Shown piece by piece: positions 20,302 to 29,977 of a stretch of DNA of 64,000 nucleotides. Below the pieces are notes generated by a model. The model searched no databases. It saw nothing but the letters and a program-made list of their open reading frames with translations, and was not told the DNA's origin. Every line of letters begins with the position of its first letter. The stretch's first letter is position 1. Source of the stretch: Candidatus Eiseniibacteriota bacterium (GTDB taxonomy: Bacteria; Eisenbacteria; RBG-16-71-46); assembly GCA_963717935.1 (NCBI GenBank), contig CAVQXP010000004.1, positions 1,472,001 through 1,536,000 of the forward strand, read 5' to 3'. The translations under genes and the position numbers were made by a program.

Positions 20302-22005
20302 TCAGTCGTCCATCACGGTGGAGATGTCGCCGACCGGCTCGCCCCACTCCTGGGCCCGCAGGATGCGGCGCACGATCTTGCCGCTGCGGGTCTTGGGGAG
20401 GGCGTCCACGAACTCGATCTCCTGCGGCATGGCCAGCGGCGAGAGCCGCTTGCGGATGAAGTTCATGATCTCCAACTCGAGGTCCTCGTCCGCCTGGAAG
20501 GTGGGCTTGACCACCACGAAGGCCTTCACCACCTCCATGTTCACCGGGTCGGGCTTGGCGACCGCGGCCGACTCGGCCACGGCCGGGTGCTCGAGCAGCG
20601 CCGACTCGATCTCGAACGGGCCGACCAGGTGGCCGCCGGTGTTGATGACGTCGTCGTCGCGGCCCACGAACCAGAAGTAGCCGTCGGCGTCGATGCTGGC
20701 GCGGTCGCCCGTCAGGTACCAGCCGTTCTTGAACTTGTTCTCGTAGGCGGTGGGGTTCTGCCAGTAGGAGCGCATCATCGACGGCCAGCCGGGCTTGAGC
20801 GCGATCAGGCCGACGCTGCCGGGATGGCCGACCGGCTCGTAGGTGCGCGGATCGAGCACCGTGGCCGTGATGCCGGGGAAGGGCTTGCCCATCGAGCCGG
20901 GCTTGATCGGCATCCCGGGGAAGTTGGTGATGACCATGCAGCCGGTCTCGGTCTGCCAGTAGGTGTCGTGGAACATGATGCCGAAGGCTTCCTTCGACCA
21001 GAGCACGGCCTCGGCGTTGAGCGGCTCGCCCACGCTCGCCAGGTGGCGCAGCGCGGAGAGGTCGAACTTGCGCGCGGCCTCGGCGCCCTCGCGCATGAGC
21101 AGGCGGATGGCGGTGGGGGCGGAGTACCAGACGCTCACGCGGTGCTTCTGCATGAAGGCGTACCAGCGCTCGGCGACGAAGCCCGAGTCGAGCACGACCT
21201 GGGTGACGCCGTTGGCCCAGGGCCCGATGATGCCGTAGGAGGTGCCCGTGACCCAGCCGGGGTCCGCATTGCACCAGTAGACGTCCTCCGGCTTGAGGTC
21301 GAGCACCCACTTGCTGGTCAGGTACTGCGAGACCAGCGAGGAGTGCACGTGCTGCGCGCCCTTGGGCTGCCCCGTCGTGCCCGAGGTGTAGTGCAGCACC
21401 GAAGGCGTCTCGGCGAGGGCGGGGTAGGCCTCGAACGACTCGACTCGCGGCTCCTGGTCCAGCGCCAGCGGCACCTCGCGCGCCTGCAGGGGCGGGCCCT
21501 CGGCGCCGTCCACCACGATGATGTGGCGCAGCCCGGGCAACGAGTCGCGGATCTTGCGGACCTTGGCCACGTGCTTGCGCTGGGTCAGGATGGCCGCGGT
21601 CTGCGCGTTGTCGAGGCGCGTGTGCAGCGACTCGTCGCCGAAGGCCGAGAACAGCGGCTGGACGATCCCGCCCATCTTGAGCACGCCGAGGAAGCCCAGG
21701 TAGAGCTCGGGGATGCGGTCCATGAAGAGGCAGATGCGCTCGCCGGGCTTCAGTCCCAGCCGCTGCAGGTAGGCCGCGATCGTGTTGGAGAGCACGCGCA
21801 GGTCGTCGTAGGTGTAGGTGCGCGCGTCGCCTGAGCCGCCCTCCCAGATGAGGGCGGGTTTCGCGGCCGACCCGAGCTGGCAGATGCGGTCGCTGCAGTA
21901 CCAGCCGATGTTGATGGGGTCGCCCCGGCGCCAGCCCAGCTCCTTTTCGGCGTTCGCCCAGTCGAACTGCTTCAGCCGCTCCTCGTACGAGTTCGCGTCG
22001 CTCAT
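20302..22005 (-). CDS. Acetate-CoA ligase-like adenylate-forming enzyme
   Basis: [31 protein letters not shown]; start overlaps acpS stop. Confidence 0.9.
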   Translation of the reverse strand: MSDANSYEERLKQFDWANAEKELGWRRGDPINIGWYCSDRICQLGSAAKPALIWEGGSGDARTYTYDDLRVLSNTIAAYLQRLGLKPGERICLFMDRIPELYLGFLGVLKMGGIVQPLFSAFGDESLHTRLDNAQTAAILTQRKHVAKVRKIRDSLPGLRHIIVVDGAEGPPLQAREVPLALDQEPRVESFEAYPALAETPSVLHYTSGTTGQPKGAQHVHSSLVSQYLTSKWVLDLKPEDVYWCNADPGWVTGTSYGIIGPWANGVTQVVLDSGFVAERWYAFMQKHRVSVWYSAPTAIRLLMREGAEAARKFDLSALRHLASVGEPLNAEAVLWSKEAFGIMFHDTYWQTETGCMVITNFPGMPIKPGSMGKPFPGITATVLDPRTYEPVGHPGSVGLIALKPGWPSMMRSYWQNPTAYENKFKNGWYLTGDRASIDADGYFWFVGRDDDVINTGGHLVGPFEIESALLEHPAVAESAAVAKPDPVNMEVVKAFVVVKPTFQADEDLELEIMNFIRKRLSPLAMPQEIEFVDALPKTRSGKIVRRILRAQEWGEPVGDISTVMDD

Positions 22006-22418
22006 GTGCTGCGTCCTCTCTCCAACGGTGGGGGGTGCACGGAGGTTTCGAGGACCACGGCGGCGGCCGCCAGGTCCCGGGTGTGCGTGAGTGAGACGAA
22101 CAGGCTGCCGGCGAGGCGATCTCCGGCCAGTGCCGCGAGCCGGCCGTGCAGCGTCAGGCGTGGTGCGCCCGATGGCGCGCGCCGCACCTCCACTTCGCGC
22201 CACGAGGCGCCGTCACGATGCCCGGCGCCCAGGGCCTTGAACGCGGCCTCCTTGGCCGCGAAACGCGCGGCGTAGTGCCGGGCCGGGAAGCGCTCGGCCT
22301 CGCAATCGGCGATCTCGCCGGGGGTGAAGAGCCCGGCGACGAAGTCCCGCGGGTCACGCCGGAGTTCCCGCTCCATGCGCGCCACCTCGAGCACGTCCAC
22401 GCCGATCCCGACGATCAT
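22002..22418 (-). CDS. acpS: Holo-ACP synthase (4'-phosphopantetheinyl transferase)
   Basis: [22 protein letters not shown]. Confidence 0.92.
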   Translation of the reverse strand: MIVGIGVDVLEVARMERELRRDPRDFVAGLFTPGEIADCEAERFPARHYAARFAAKEAAFKALGAGHRDGASWREVEVRRAPSGAPRLTLHGRLAALAGDRLAGSLFVSLTHTRDLAAAAVVLETSVHPPPLERGRST

Positions 22419-22629
22419 CGCTTTCCGGTCCCAGCCCTGCCGGGCCCGCTCCCTGGTACGAAAATACCCTCACACGACCATCCGCCCACGCAGGCGCGGG
22501 CGGGTCGGCTGGACATGGTGGCCCGGCCGGGCGGGGGAGTCAAACCGACCCCGGGACCCGCCGACGCGCCGGACGGGAGCCGCGAGGATTTCCTTCTCAC
22601 GTGGCCGCCGACTTCCTAGAATGGAGCCC

Positions 22630-23622
22630 ATGCCCGCGAATCTGACGCCCCAGTACCGTGAAGCCGAGGAGCGCTTCCGCGAAGCCGGGACCCACGAAGA
22701 GAAGCTGGTCGCGCTGCGCGAGATGATGGCGCTCCTGCCCAAGCACAAAGGCACGGAGAAGCTGCAGGCCGATCTCCGCCGCCGCCTCGCGAAGCTTGAA
22801 GAGGAGGCCGAGCACGGTGCCCGGGGCGGTGCGCGCCGCGTCGACCCCGGGCATGTGCGCCGCGAGGGCGCGGGGCAGTGGGTCCTGATCGGACCGCCGA
22901 ATGCCGGCAAGTCGGCGCTGCTCGCCGCCCTCACGCACGCGCATCCCGAGGTGGCGCCGTATCCCTTCACCACGCACGCCCCGCAGCCGGGCATGATGCC
23001 TTTCGAGGACGTGCAGGTGCAGCTCGTGGACACGCCGGCCGTGGCCGCGCAGCACACCGAGCCCTACATGGCGAACCTCGTGCGCAACGCCGACGGTGTG
23101 CTGGTGGTGCTCGACCCCACGGCGGACGACCTGGGGGAGTCGCTGGCCGCCTGCCACGGGCTGGTCGAGCGCGCTCGGGTGTGGCCGCGCGCGAAGCCCC
23201 TGCCGCCCGACGCCTCGCCGCTCCTGGTGGTGCGCCCGGTCCACGTGGTCCTCAACAAGTCCGACCTCGACGGCGATGGCACGTTCGCGACCCTGGCGCG
23301 CGAGTCGGTCGGGGATGAGCTGCCCGTATTCTTCATCTCCGCCGAGCACGGCCACGGGCTCGAGGAGCTGCGCGGGCGGCTCTTCGGCGACCTCGGCCGC
23401 ATTCGCATCTACGCCAAGGAGCCGGGCAAGAAGCCGGACTTCGCGCGGCCCTTCGTGCTGGAGGCCGACGCGACGGTCCACGACCTCGCCCGCGTGGTCC
23501 ACAAGGAGATCGCCGAGAACCTCCGCTTTGCGCGCATCTGGGGTCATGCGCGCTTCGGCGGCCAGCAGGTGGACCGCGACCACGTGCTGGCCGACCGGGA
23601 CGTGGTCGAACTGCACGCCTGA
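22630..23622 (+). CDS. OBG/DRG-like GTPase with C-terminal TGS domain
   Basis: MPANL, PKHKGTEKL, GPPNAGKS, YPFTT, NKSD, TGS-like tail (ARIWG, HVL.D.DVVELH). Confidence 0.85.
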   Translation: MPANLTPQYREAEERFREAGTHEEKLVALREMMALLPKHKGTEKLQADLRRRLAKLEEEAEHGARGGARRVDPGHVRREGAGQWVLIGPPNAGKSALLAALTHAHPEVAPYPFTTHAPQPGMMPFEDVQVQLVDTPAVAAQHTEPYMANLVRNADGVLVVLDPTADDLGESLAACHGLVERARVWPRAKPLPPDASPLLVVRPVHVVLNKSDLDGDGTFATLARESVGDELPVFFISAEHGHGLEELRGRLFGDLGRIRIYAKEPGKKPDFARPFVLEADATVHDLARVVHKEIAENLRFARIWGHARFGGQQVDRDHVLADRDVVELHA

Positions 23623-23723
23623 CGCGTGGTCCGGAGCCGGACGCGGCGTCCGGTCATGGTGATGATGACCCGGCGCCCGCGAGGCCGCGGGGACGCCGGG
23701 TCATCTCTGTCGCGCTCTGGCGC

Positions 23724-26480
23724 TCAGTGCCCGCGCAGGTCCTCGAGCAGCTCGCGCTCGACCGCCGGCAGCTGGTGCACGGGCTGCCACGTGGCGATGC
23801 TCGCGCGGAAGGTCCACTCGGGGGGCGCGCGGTTCGCGATGCGCTCCCGGACCGGCGCCCACGCGGCGGCGGCGGCCGCCGCGTTCCCGGCGCGCTGCTC
23901 GGCGCCGCCCAGCACGATGCGCGCGAGGTCCGACCACGGGCCCCACTCCAGCGCCCGCCCGGCGTGCGACCGCGCGGCCGCGACCTCTCCGGTCCGCAGC
24001 GCGAGCAGTCCGCGCAGCGCCTCGGCGGTCGGATCGCCTTCGTCGAGCAGTCTCGCCTCGTCGAGTTGTCCACGGGCCGCGTCGGGCCGCCCCGCGCGCA
24101 GCAGGTCGAAGGCGTAGTCGCAGCGCAGGTCCACCACGCCGGTGCGCAGCCGCACGGCCTTGTCGTACTCCGCGAAGGCATCGTCCCAACGTCCTGCCAG
24201 AGCCAGACTTGAGGCGCGGGCCCGCAGCCCCTCCGGGCTGTCGGACTGGCGCGCGAGAACCGAGTCGGCCGCCGCCAGCGCCGCGGCCGCGTCTCCACGG
24301 ACCCACGCCAGGCGCGCGATCTCGAGGTCCACGAGACGACGGTCGTCGTCGCGCACGTCGGAGCGCATCTTCGCGGCCAGCGCGAGCGCGGAGTCGAGCC
24401 CGCGGCCCCCGTGCCAGGTGGCTTCGGCCGCCTCCGCCACGATGGCACCGCTGGCCGGCAGGGTTGCGAGCGCCCGGTCGGCGGCGGCCAGCATCTCGGG
24501 GCCGCGGTTGCCAAGGTCGAGCGCGCGCGTGAGTGACAGCAACGCGTACTCCTCGTCGGACTTCAGGGTCAGTGCCCTCTGGTAGAAGGGCACGGCCTGG
24601 TCCACCTCGCCGCGCCAGAGGCGATCGTCACCCGCGTTGACGTAAGCCACCGGGTAGCTCGCGTTCACGTCGGTCAGGGCCATGAGCCGCTCGACGAGCG
24701 CCTTCAAGTCGGCGTCCTTGCGCTCGAGCCGGCTGAGCACCTCGGGGCGCGGGTCGTAGGCGTCGCGATCCACGGAGAGCAGGGCATTGGCCCCTTCGGC
24801 GAGGTACTCCTCCACGGCGACGGCGGCGTAGCGGGAGATGAACGCATCGTGGGTCACCTCGTCGCGCGCCTTCGTCCTGCGATAGAGGTCCTGGATCTCC
24901 CGGGACTGGTCCGCCGTGAGCACCGCATGAACCTGGTGGGTCAGCTCGTGCAGGACGGTGTTGTACCTGGCGAAGATCGTCGCCTCGACGTCCTCGATGC
25001 CCGTGACCGTGTGGTAGCCGCCCGAGCCGCGCACGTCGTCCCAGAGGCGCGAGTCGTAGCTGATGCGCTGGTCCTTGAGCGTCTCCTGTCCCGGGACCTC
25101 CGAGAGCAGCATGTACATGGGCTTGATGTAGAAGTCGGCTCCGCCCGCGAGCAGCACGGGGATGAACCGCTGCCAGGGCGCGATGGACAGGGCCACGCGC
25201 TTCTGGTGGCGCGGTGAGAGCGACTTCCAGTTCACGACGAAGCGCTCGATGCCCGCCACCTCGGGCACGGGCGCGGCGGCCAGTCGCGCCTCGTAGCCGG
25301 GGCGGTGCACGTCCACGTCGAAGCGCTGGAACTGGAGCGCCTTGGCGAGGATGGCGTGGCCGCGGCCGTACTCGGGGCAGATGTGGAGCGCCGCGAAACA
25401 CCGGTCGCGCGCGGCGTCGAAGCGGCCGTCCTCGAAGTCGAGCGAAGCCAGCCGCGCGAGCGGGTCCACCCAGCCGGGATGCGCACGGCACACGGCCTCG
25501 TACGCGACGCGCGCGCCGGGGCGGTCGCCGGCGCCGAGCAGGCTGTCGGCGCGGGCCAGCACGCGTCGTCCGGCCGCGTCCGCGAAGGCGTGCGGGTAGG
25601 CGGCGTACAGTTGCGTGTAGTTCCTGCGCACGGTGTAGCCGTTTCCCCGGAGGTAGTGCGCCATGTCGGAGTAGGGGTTCAGCAGGGTGCCCCACTCGGC
25701 CGCGCTGATCGCCTCGTCGGTGCGCCCGACCCGCAGCAGCGCCTGAGCCAGGACCGTCATGGCGTCGCCGCAGGCGTTCGCCCCGACCGCCCTGAGCGCG
25801 GCGGCGAGCGCGCCGTCCCAATCCCGACGCCCGAACCTCACCTGCGTGAGCCCGATCAGGGCCGTGTCGCGGGCGGCTTGGACGTAGCGGCGCCCGGCGG
25901 CCTGCTTCGGCTGCGGTTGTCCGGTGCGCTCGAGCGCGCGGGAGTAGCAGGACTCGGCCCGCGCGAACCGCATCAGACCGCAGGCCAGGCGGCCCGCGGC
26001 GAGCAGGTCGGGGATGCTGGCGTGTTCGGCGGGCGTGGTGAGCGCGCCGCGGGTCAGCGAGTCCACTCGCGCCACGTCGTCGTGCGCGAAGAGCCAGGCG
26101 AGGACGGCCTCGCGCTCTTCCTGGGTCGGATCCGGCTGCGCGGCGATGTTCGCGAACAGCGGCGCGGCGGTGACGAAGTCCTGGCGGGCGAGGAGTGCGC
26201 GCGCCTTCACCACCGTCTCCTCGCGCGCCTCGCCCGTGAGGCGCGGCAGCGATCGGCACGCCTCGTCGATCCTGCCCGTGGCGAGAAGCAGCCGGAGCCG
26301 CCCGGGCGTCACGGGGCCCCTGGCCTGCGTCTCGAGCTGCGCGAGCCGCGCCCGGTACTGCGCCGCCACCGGCGCGAAGAGCCCGGTGTCCGCGGGGGCC
26401 TGGGCCCGCGCGTTCGCGGAAAGCGGGAGTGCCGCGGCAGTGCACATGGCCACGGTGCCGCACAGCAACGCGATCCTCAT
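23724..26480 (-). CDS. Exported TPR protein with central zincin-like domain
   Basis: Signal peptide; TPR-like repeats; VLHELTH followed by EEYLAEG. Confidence 0.7.
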   Translation of the reverse strand: MRIALLCGTVAMCTAAALPLSANARAQAPADTGLFAPVAAQYRARLAQLETQARGPVTPGRLRLLLATGRIDEACRSLPRLTGEAREETVVKARALLARQDFVTAAPLFANIAAQPDPTQEEREAVLAWLFAHDDVARVDSLTRGALTTPAEHASIPDLLAAGRLACGLMRFARAESCYSRALERTGQPQPKQAAGRRYVQAARDTALIGLTQVRFGRRDWDGALAAALRAVGANACGDAMTVLAQALLRVGRTDEAISAAEWGTLLNPYSDMAHYLRGNGYTVRRNYTQLYAAYPHAFADAAGRRVLARADSLLGAGDRPGARVAYEAVCRAHPGWVDPLARLASLDFEDGRFDAARDRCFAALHICPEYGRGHAILAKALQFQRFDVDVHRPGYEARLAAAPVPEVAGIERFVVNWKSLSPRHQKRVALSIAPWQRFIPVLLAGGADFYIKPMYMLLSEVPGQETLKDQRISYDSRLWDDVRGSGGYHTVTGIEDVEATIFARYNTVLHELTHQVHAVLTADQSREIQDLYRRTKARDEVTHDAFISRYAAVAVEEYLAEGANALLSVDRDAYDPRPEVLSRLERKDADLKALVERLMALTDVNASYPVAYVNAGDDRLWRGEVDQAVPFYQRALTLKSDEEYALLSLTRALDLGNRGPEMLAAADRALATLPASGAIVAEAAEATWHGGRGLDSALALAAKMRSDVRDDDRRLVDLEIARLAWVRGDAAAALAAADSVLARQSDSPEGLRARASSLALAGRWDDAFAEYDKAVRLRTGVVDLRCDYAFDLLRAGRPDAARGQLDEARLLDEGDPTAEALRGLLALRTGEVAAARSHAGRALEWGPWSDLARIVLGGAEQRAGNAAAAAAAWAPVRERIANRAPPEWTFRASIATWQPVHQLPAVERELLEDLRGH

Positions 26481-26643
26481 GACGGTTCCCTCGGGGTGGG
26501 CGTTCCGGGTGTCCCGGCGCGACGGCGCCAATCTAGGCGCGCGTCCCGGACAGCGTCAACGGGCACGGGGCGCCCGTCCCTCGAAGCGCGGCGCTCGTGG
26601 TTTCCGTGGCCGCCGGGCCGGGCGCTCTGCTAGTCTGCCGGAC

Positions 26644-28023
26644 ATGAAATCCTCTCTGCGTGCAGTCCCGTTGCTGGTGCTGGCCTGCGCGCTCGCGGCC
26701 TCGTCCGCGAGCCCGGCCCGCGCAGCCGCCGGCTCGAAGCCGGCCCGGAACGCCGCCGCTGGACCGCGGATGGTGCTGCCCTTCGTCCAGGACGACTACA
26801 CGCGGGCGCTCGCCGAGGCGCGTGCCCGCAAGGTGCCGCTCTTCATCGAAGCCTGGGCGCCCTGGTGACACACCTGCCGGTCGATGAGGGCCTTCGTCTT
26901 CACCGATAGGTCCCTCACGCGGCACGCCGGGCGGTTCGTCTGGCTCGAGATCGACATCGAGAAGAAGCAGAACGCGGCCCTGCGCAAGCAGCTCGGGGTC
27001 GTGGCACTGCCCACCTACTTCGTCATGGACCCGGCCAGCGAGCGGGTGGCGCTGCGCTGGGTGGGTGGCTTCACCGTCGCGCAGCTGGACCGGCTCCTCG
27101 AGGACGGTGTCGCGGCGGTCCGCGACCGGGCGACGACGAGCGGCCCGGGGGCGGCGCTCGCGCGGGCCGACCGTGCCTACGGTGAAGGTGAGGACAGCCT
27201 GGCGGTCCTCGCGTACCGCGAGGCGCTGGCCCAGGCCCCGCCGGGCTGGCCGCAGTACTCCCGGGTGGTCGAGGCGCTGCTCTTCGCGCTCGATCGCACC
27301 GGGGACTACGCGGCGGAGGCGGAACTCGCTCGCGAGGCCTACCCGCGGCTCAGGGGAACGGCATCGGGCGCGACGGTGGCGGGGAGCGGGCTGGGTGCGG
27401 CGCTCTCGTTGCCCGACTCCGCGCCGGAGCGCGGAGTCCTCGTCGGCGCGTTCGAGGCCGGGGTCCGCGAGGTGCTCGCGGACACGGCGCTGGGCATCGC
27501 GGCCGACGACCGGTCGGGCCTCTACATCGCCCTGCTCGATGCCCGCCAGAACGCGAAGGACGAGGAGGGGGCGAAGCGCGTCGCGACGGAGTGGTCCGCG
27601 TTCCTCGACGGCGCGGCCGCCCGCGCGAAGACCCCCGAGCAGCGCACGGTGTTCGATTCGCACCGGCTCTCGGCCTATCGCGAGCTGGGCCAGACCGAGC
27701 GCGCGATCCCGATGCTGGAGGCCTCCGAGCGGGATCTGCCCGGGGACTACAATCCGCCGGCTCGGCTCGCCGCGGCCTACCTGTGGATGAAGCGCTGGGA
27801 CGAGGCTCTGGCCCCTTCGGACCGGGCGCTGGCGAAGGCCTACGGGCCGCGCAAGCTCGGCATCTACTCGACCCGTGCGGACATCTTGAGCGGCAAGGGA
27901 GACCGGGAGTCGGCGCGCAAGACGCTCGAGGAGGCGATCGCCTACGCGAGCGCTCTTCCGCCCGGGCAGCGCTCGGAGAGCGCGATCGCGGGGCTCAAGA
28001 AGAAGCTCGAAGCGCTGAAGTAG
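26644..28023 (+). CDS. Exported thioredoxin-fold/TPR protein with in-frame UGA (candidate selenoprotein, UxxC)
   Basis: Signal peptide; WAPW-TGA-HTCRSM in one frame (TGA 26866-26868); ALPTY cis-Pro loop; C-terminal TPR-like helices. Confidence 0.8.
26872..26911 (+). promoter_or_regulatory. Putative bacterial SECIS hairpin
   Basis: acct/aggt, cggt/accg and gatgag/ttcgtc stems; GGCC apical loop begins 20 nt after UGA. Confidence 0.55.
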
Positions 28024-28048
28024 CCGTCGTTCGCATCGCAAGGACGCT

Positions 28049-28078
28049 CTGCGGCCGCCCCTCGACGGGCGGCCGCAG
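28049..28078. terminator. Hairpin between convergent genes
   Basis: ctgcggccgccc/gggcggccgcag 12-bp inverted repeat. Confidence 0.55.
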
Positions 28079-28080
28079 CG

Positions 28081-28998
28081 TCAGGTGGCGGGGTCGGCCG
28101 ACGGTGGTGGCGCGCTCAGCGCGGCGACGGCGATGCCCGCCAGGATGAGCACCGCGCCGCCGAGCTCGAGTGGGGTGGGGACCTCGTGGAGCAGGCCCCA
28201 GGCGAGGGCGCTCGAGCCCACGGGCTCGCCCAGGAGCGCGATGGCCACGAACGACGCGGGCAGGTAGCGCAGCGCCCAGTTGAAGCTCGAGTGCCCGAGC
28301 AACTGGGGCACGAGCGCGAGCAGCGTGAGCCATAGGTAGGTGGCGGGCGCCAGGCCGAACAGGCTTCGCCCCGTGGCCGTCAGCGCGACCACGAGCACCA
28401 CCGCGGCCATGCCGTAGACCACGAAGACGTAGGGCACGAGCGCGAGCCCCGCGCGCAGGCGGCGCCCCACCATGAGGTAGCCGGCCATCATCCAGGCACC
28501 CGAGAGCGCCATCAGGTCGCCCAGCAGTGCCCGCCCCGCCGGGCCCGCGACCGCGCGCGTCCCGCCGGCGTCGCCGAGTCCCACGATGACGCCGCCTGCC
28601 AGCGCCAGCGCGATGCCGAGCGCGAGCCGGCGCGTGAGCGGCTCGCGCAACACGAGAGGCGAGAGCAGTCCCACCCAGAGCGGCGTGGTCGTCACCAGCA
28701 CCACGGATCTCGCCACCGTGGTGCGCTCGAGCGAGGCGATCCAAAGCGCGAAGTGGGCCGCGAGGAAGATGCCCGCCAGCGCCGCGAGCCGCAGGTCCCG
28801 TGCGGTCAGCCGGGCCAGCGTCCCGCCGTGGCGCGCGAGCGCGAACGGGGCGAGCGCCAGGGTCGCGAACACGAGGCGCCCGGCGGCGATGGTGAGGGAG
28901 GAGGTGGCGGGCTGGGCGTAGCGGATGAGGATCGAGGCCGTCGAGACGGCGACGATCCCCCCCAGGAGGACCAGCAGTTGCACCGGCCGGGCGCGCAC
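28081..28998 (-). CDS. EamA/DMT family transporter
   Basis: About 10 TM; HF..W..SL..T.VA, GH..FNWAL, LLGEP motifs. Confidence 0.88.
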   Translation of the reverse strand: MRARPVQLLVLLGGIVAVSTASILIRYAQPATSSLTIAAGRLVFATLALAPFALARHGGTLARLTARDLRLAALAGIFLAAHFALWIASLERTTVARSVVLVTTTPLWVGLLSPLVLREPLTRRLALGIALALAGGVIVGLGDAGGTRAVAGPAGRALLGDLMALSGAWMMAGYLMVGRRLRAGLALVPYVFVVYGMAAVVLVVALTATGRSLFGLAPATYLWLTLLALVPQLLGHSSFNWALRYLPASFVAIALLGEPVGSSALAWGLLHEVPTPLELGGAVLILAGIAVAALSAPPPSADPAT

Positions 28999-29098
28999 GG
29001 GCTGATTATCCGTGATTTCCCGCGGGTGCGCGACCGGATGTAGGATGCCCTGCCTTCCGCCGACCCTGGCGCGAGCGCGAAACAAAGGACGGTCCCGG

Positions 29099-29743
29099 AT
29101 GAAGCGAGCCCTCGTACTCGTCGTCTTCCTCGGCGTGACCGCGTCGTGGCTCGCCGGCTGCAGCAGCCCGAAGAAGAACGGTGGGGGCCAGGCGGCGGTG
29201 CCCTCGGACATCGCCAGCGCGCACGGCGACGCGGGATCGGGCGGAGGCGTGCCCCCCGAGAGCGCGCCGCCGTCGAGCGGCTCGCCGACCGTGGCCGCGG
29301 GGCTCACCTGGACGCTGCCCGCGGGCTGGACCGTCGAGACGCCGCGCTCCATGCGGGTCGCGACGTACTCCATCCCCGCTGCGTCAGGCGACGCCGAGGG
29401 GGCCGAGTGCGCCGTGTACTACTTCGGCGCCGGCCAGGGCGGTGGCGTGGACGTCAACCTCGAGCGCTGGATCGGGCAGTTCCAGCCCGCGACCCGGTCG
29501 AAGCGTTCGACCAGGAGGGTGAGCGGCGTCCAGGTGAGCCTGGCAGACGTGTCGGGCTCCTACACGGCGCATGGTGGCTCGATGACCCGGCCGCGGGGCG
29601 GCACACCCGGCTGGCGTCTGCTCGGCGCCATCGCCGAGGGCCCGCAGGGTGCGGTCTTCTTCAAGCTCGTGGGCCCGGCGAGGACCGTCGCCGCTGCGAG
29701 CGAGGACTTCGACACCCTGGTCGGCTCGCTGAAGCAGGAGTAG
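29099..29743 (+). CDS. Hypothetical lipoprotein
   Basis: Lipobox LAGC; W..P.GW, SMR.A, GG....N..RW..QF, FFKL.GP. Confidence 0.7.
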   Translation: MKRALVLVVFLGVTASWLAGCSSPKKNGGGQAAVPSDIASAHGDAGSGGGVPPESAPPSSGSPTVAAGLTWTLPAGWTVETPRSMRVATYSIPAASGDAEGAECAVYYFGAGQGGGVDVNLERWIGQFQPATRSKRSTRRVSGVQVSLADVSGSYTAHGGSMTRPRGGTPGWRLLGAIAEGPQGAVFFKLVGPARTVAAASEDFDTLVGSLKQE

Positions 29744-29768
29744 GGGGCGGGCCTCCGGGCCGAACCCC

Positions 29769-29977
29769 TCAGCCGATCACGGCCTCCGCCTCGATCTCCA
29801 CCTTCCAGCGGGGATCGAGGAGCCTGGCCACGACCACCATGGTGGCCGCCGGGCGCACGTCACCGAACACCTCGCCGTGCGCCCGGCCGATCGCCTCCCA
29901 GTCCGCCGCGTTCGTCATGTACATGCGCGTCCGCACGACGTGCCGCGGCCCGGCGCCGGCGGTGGGACGTTCGAGGG
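29769..29977 (-). pseudogene. RidA-family C-terminal remnant
   Basis: VVRTRMY, WE.IGRAHGE.F...RPA.TMV, VEIEAEA; N-terminal half absent. Confidence 0.7.

Noticed and set aside
22419..22620. Searched for the tRNA-Arg 3' half or an att repeat at the other end of the ACP cassette
   Set aside because: No T-loop or matching repeat seen and no integrase, so a mobile island is not supported
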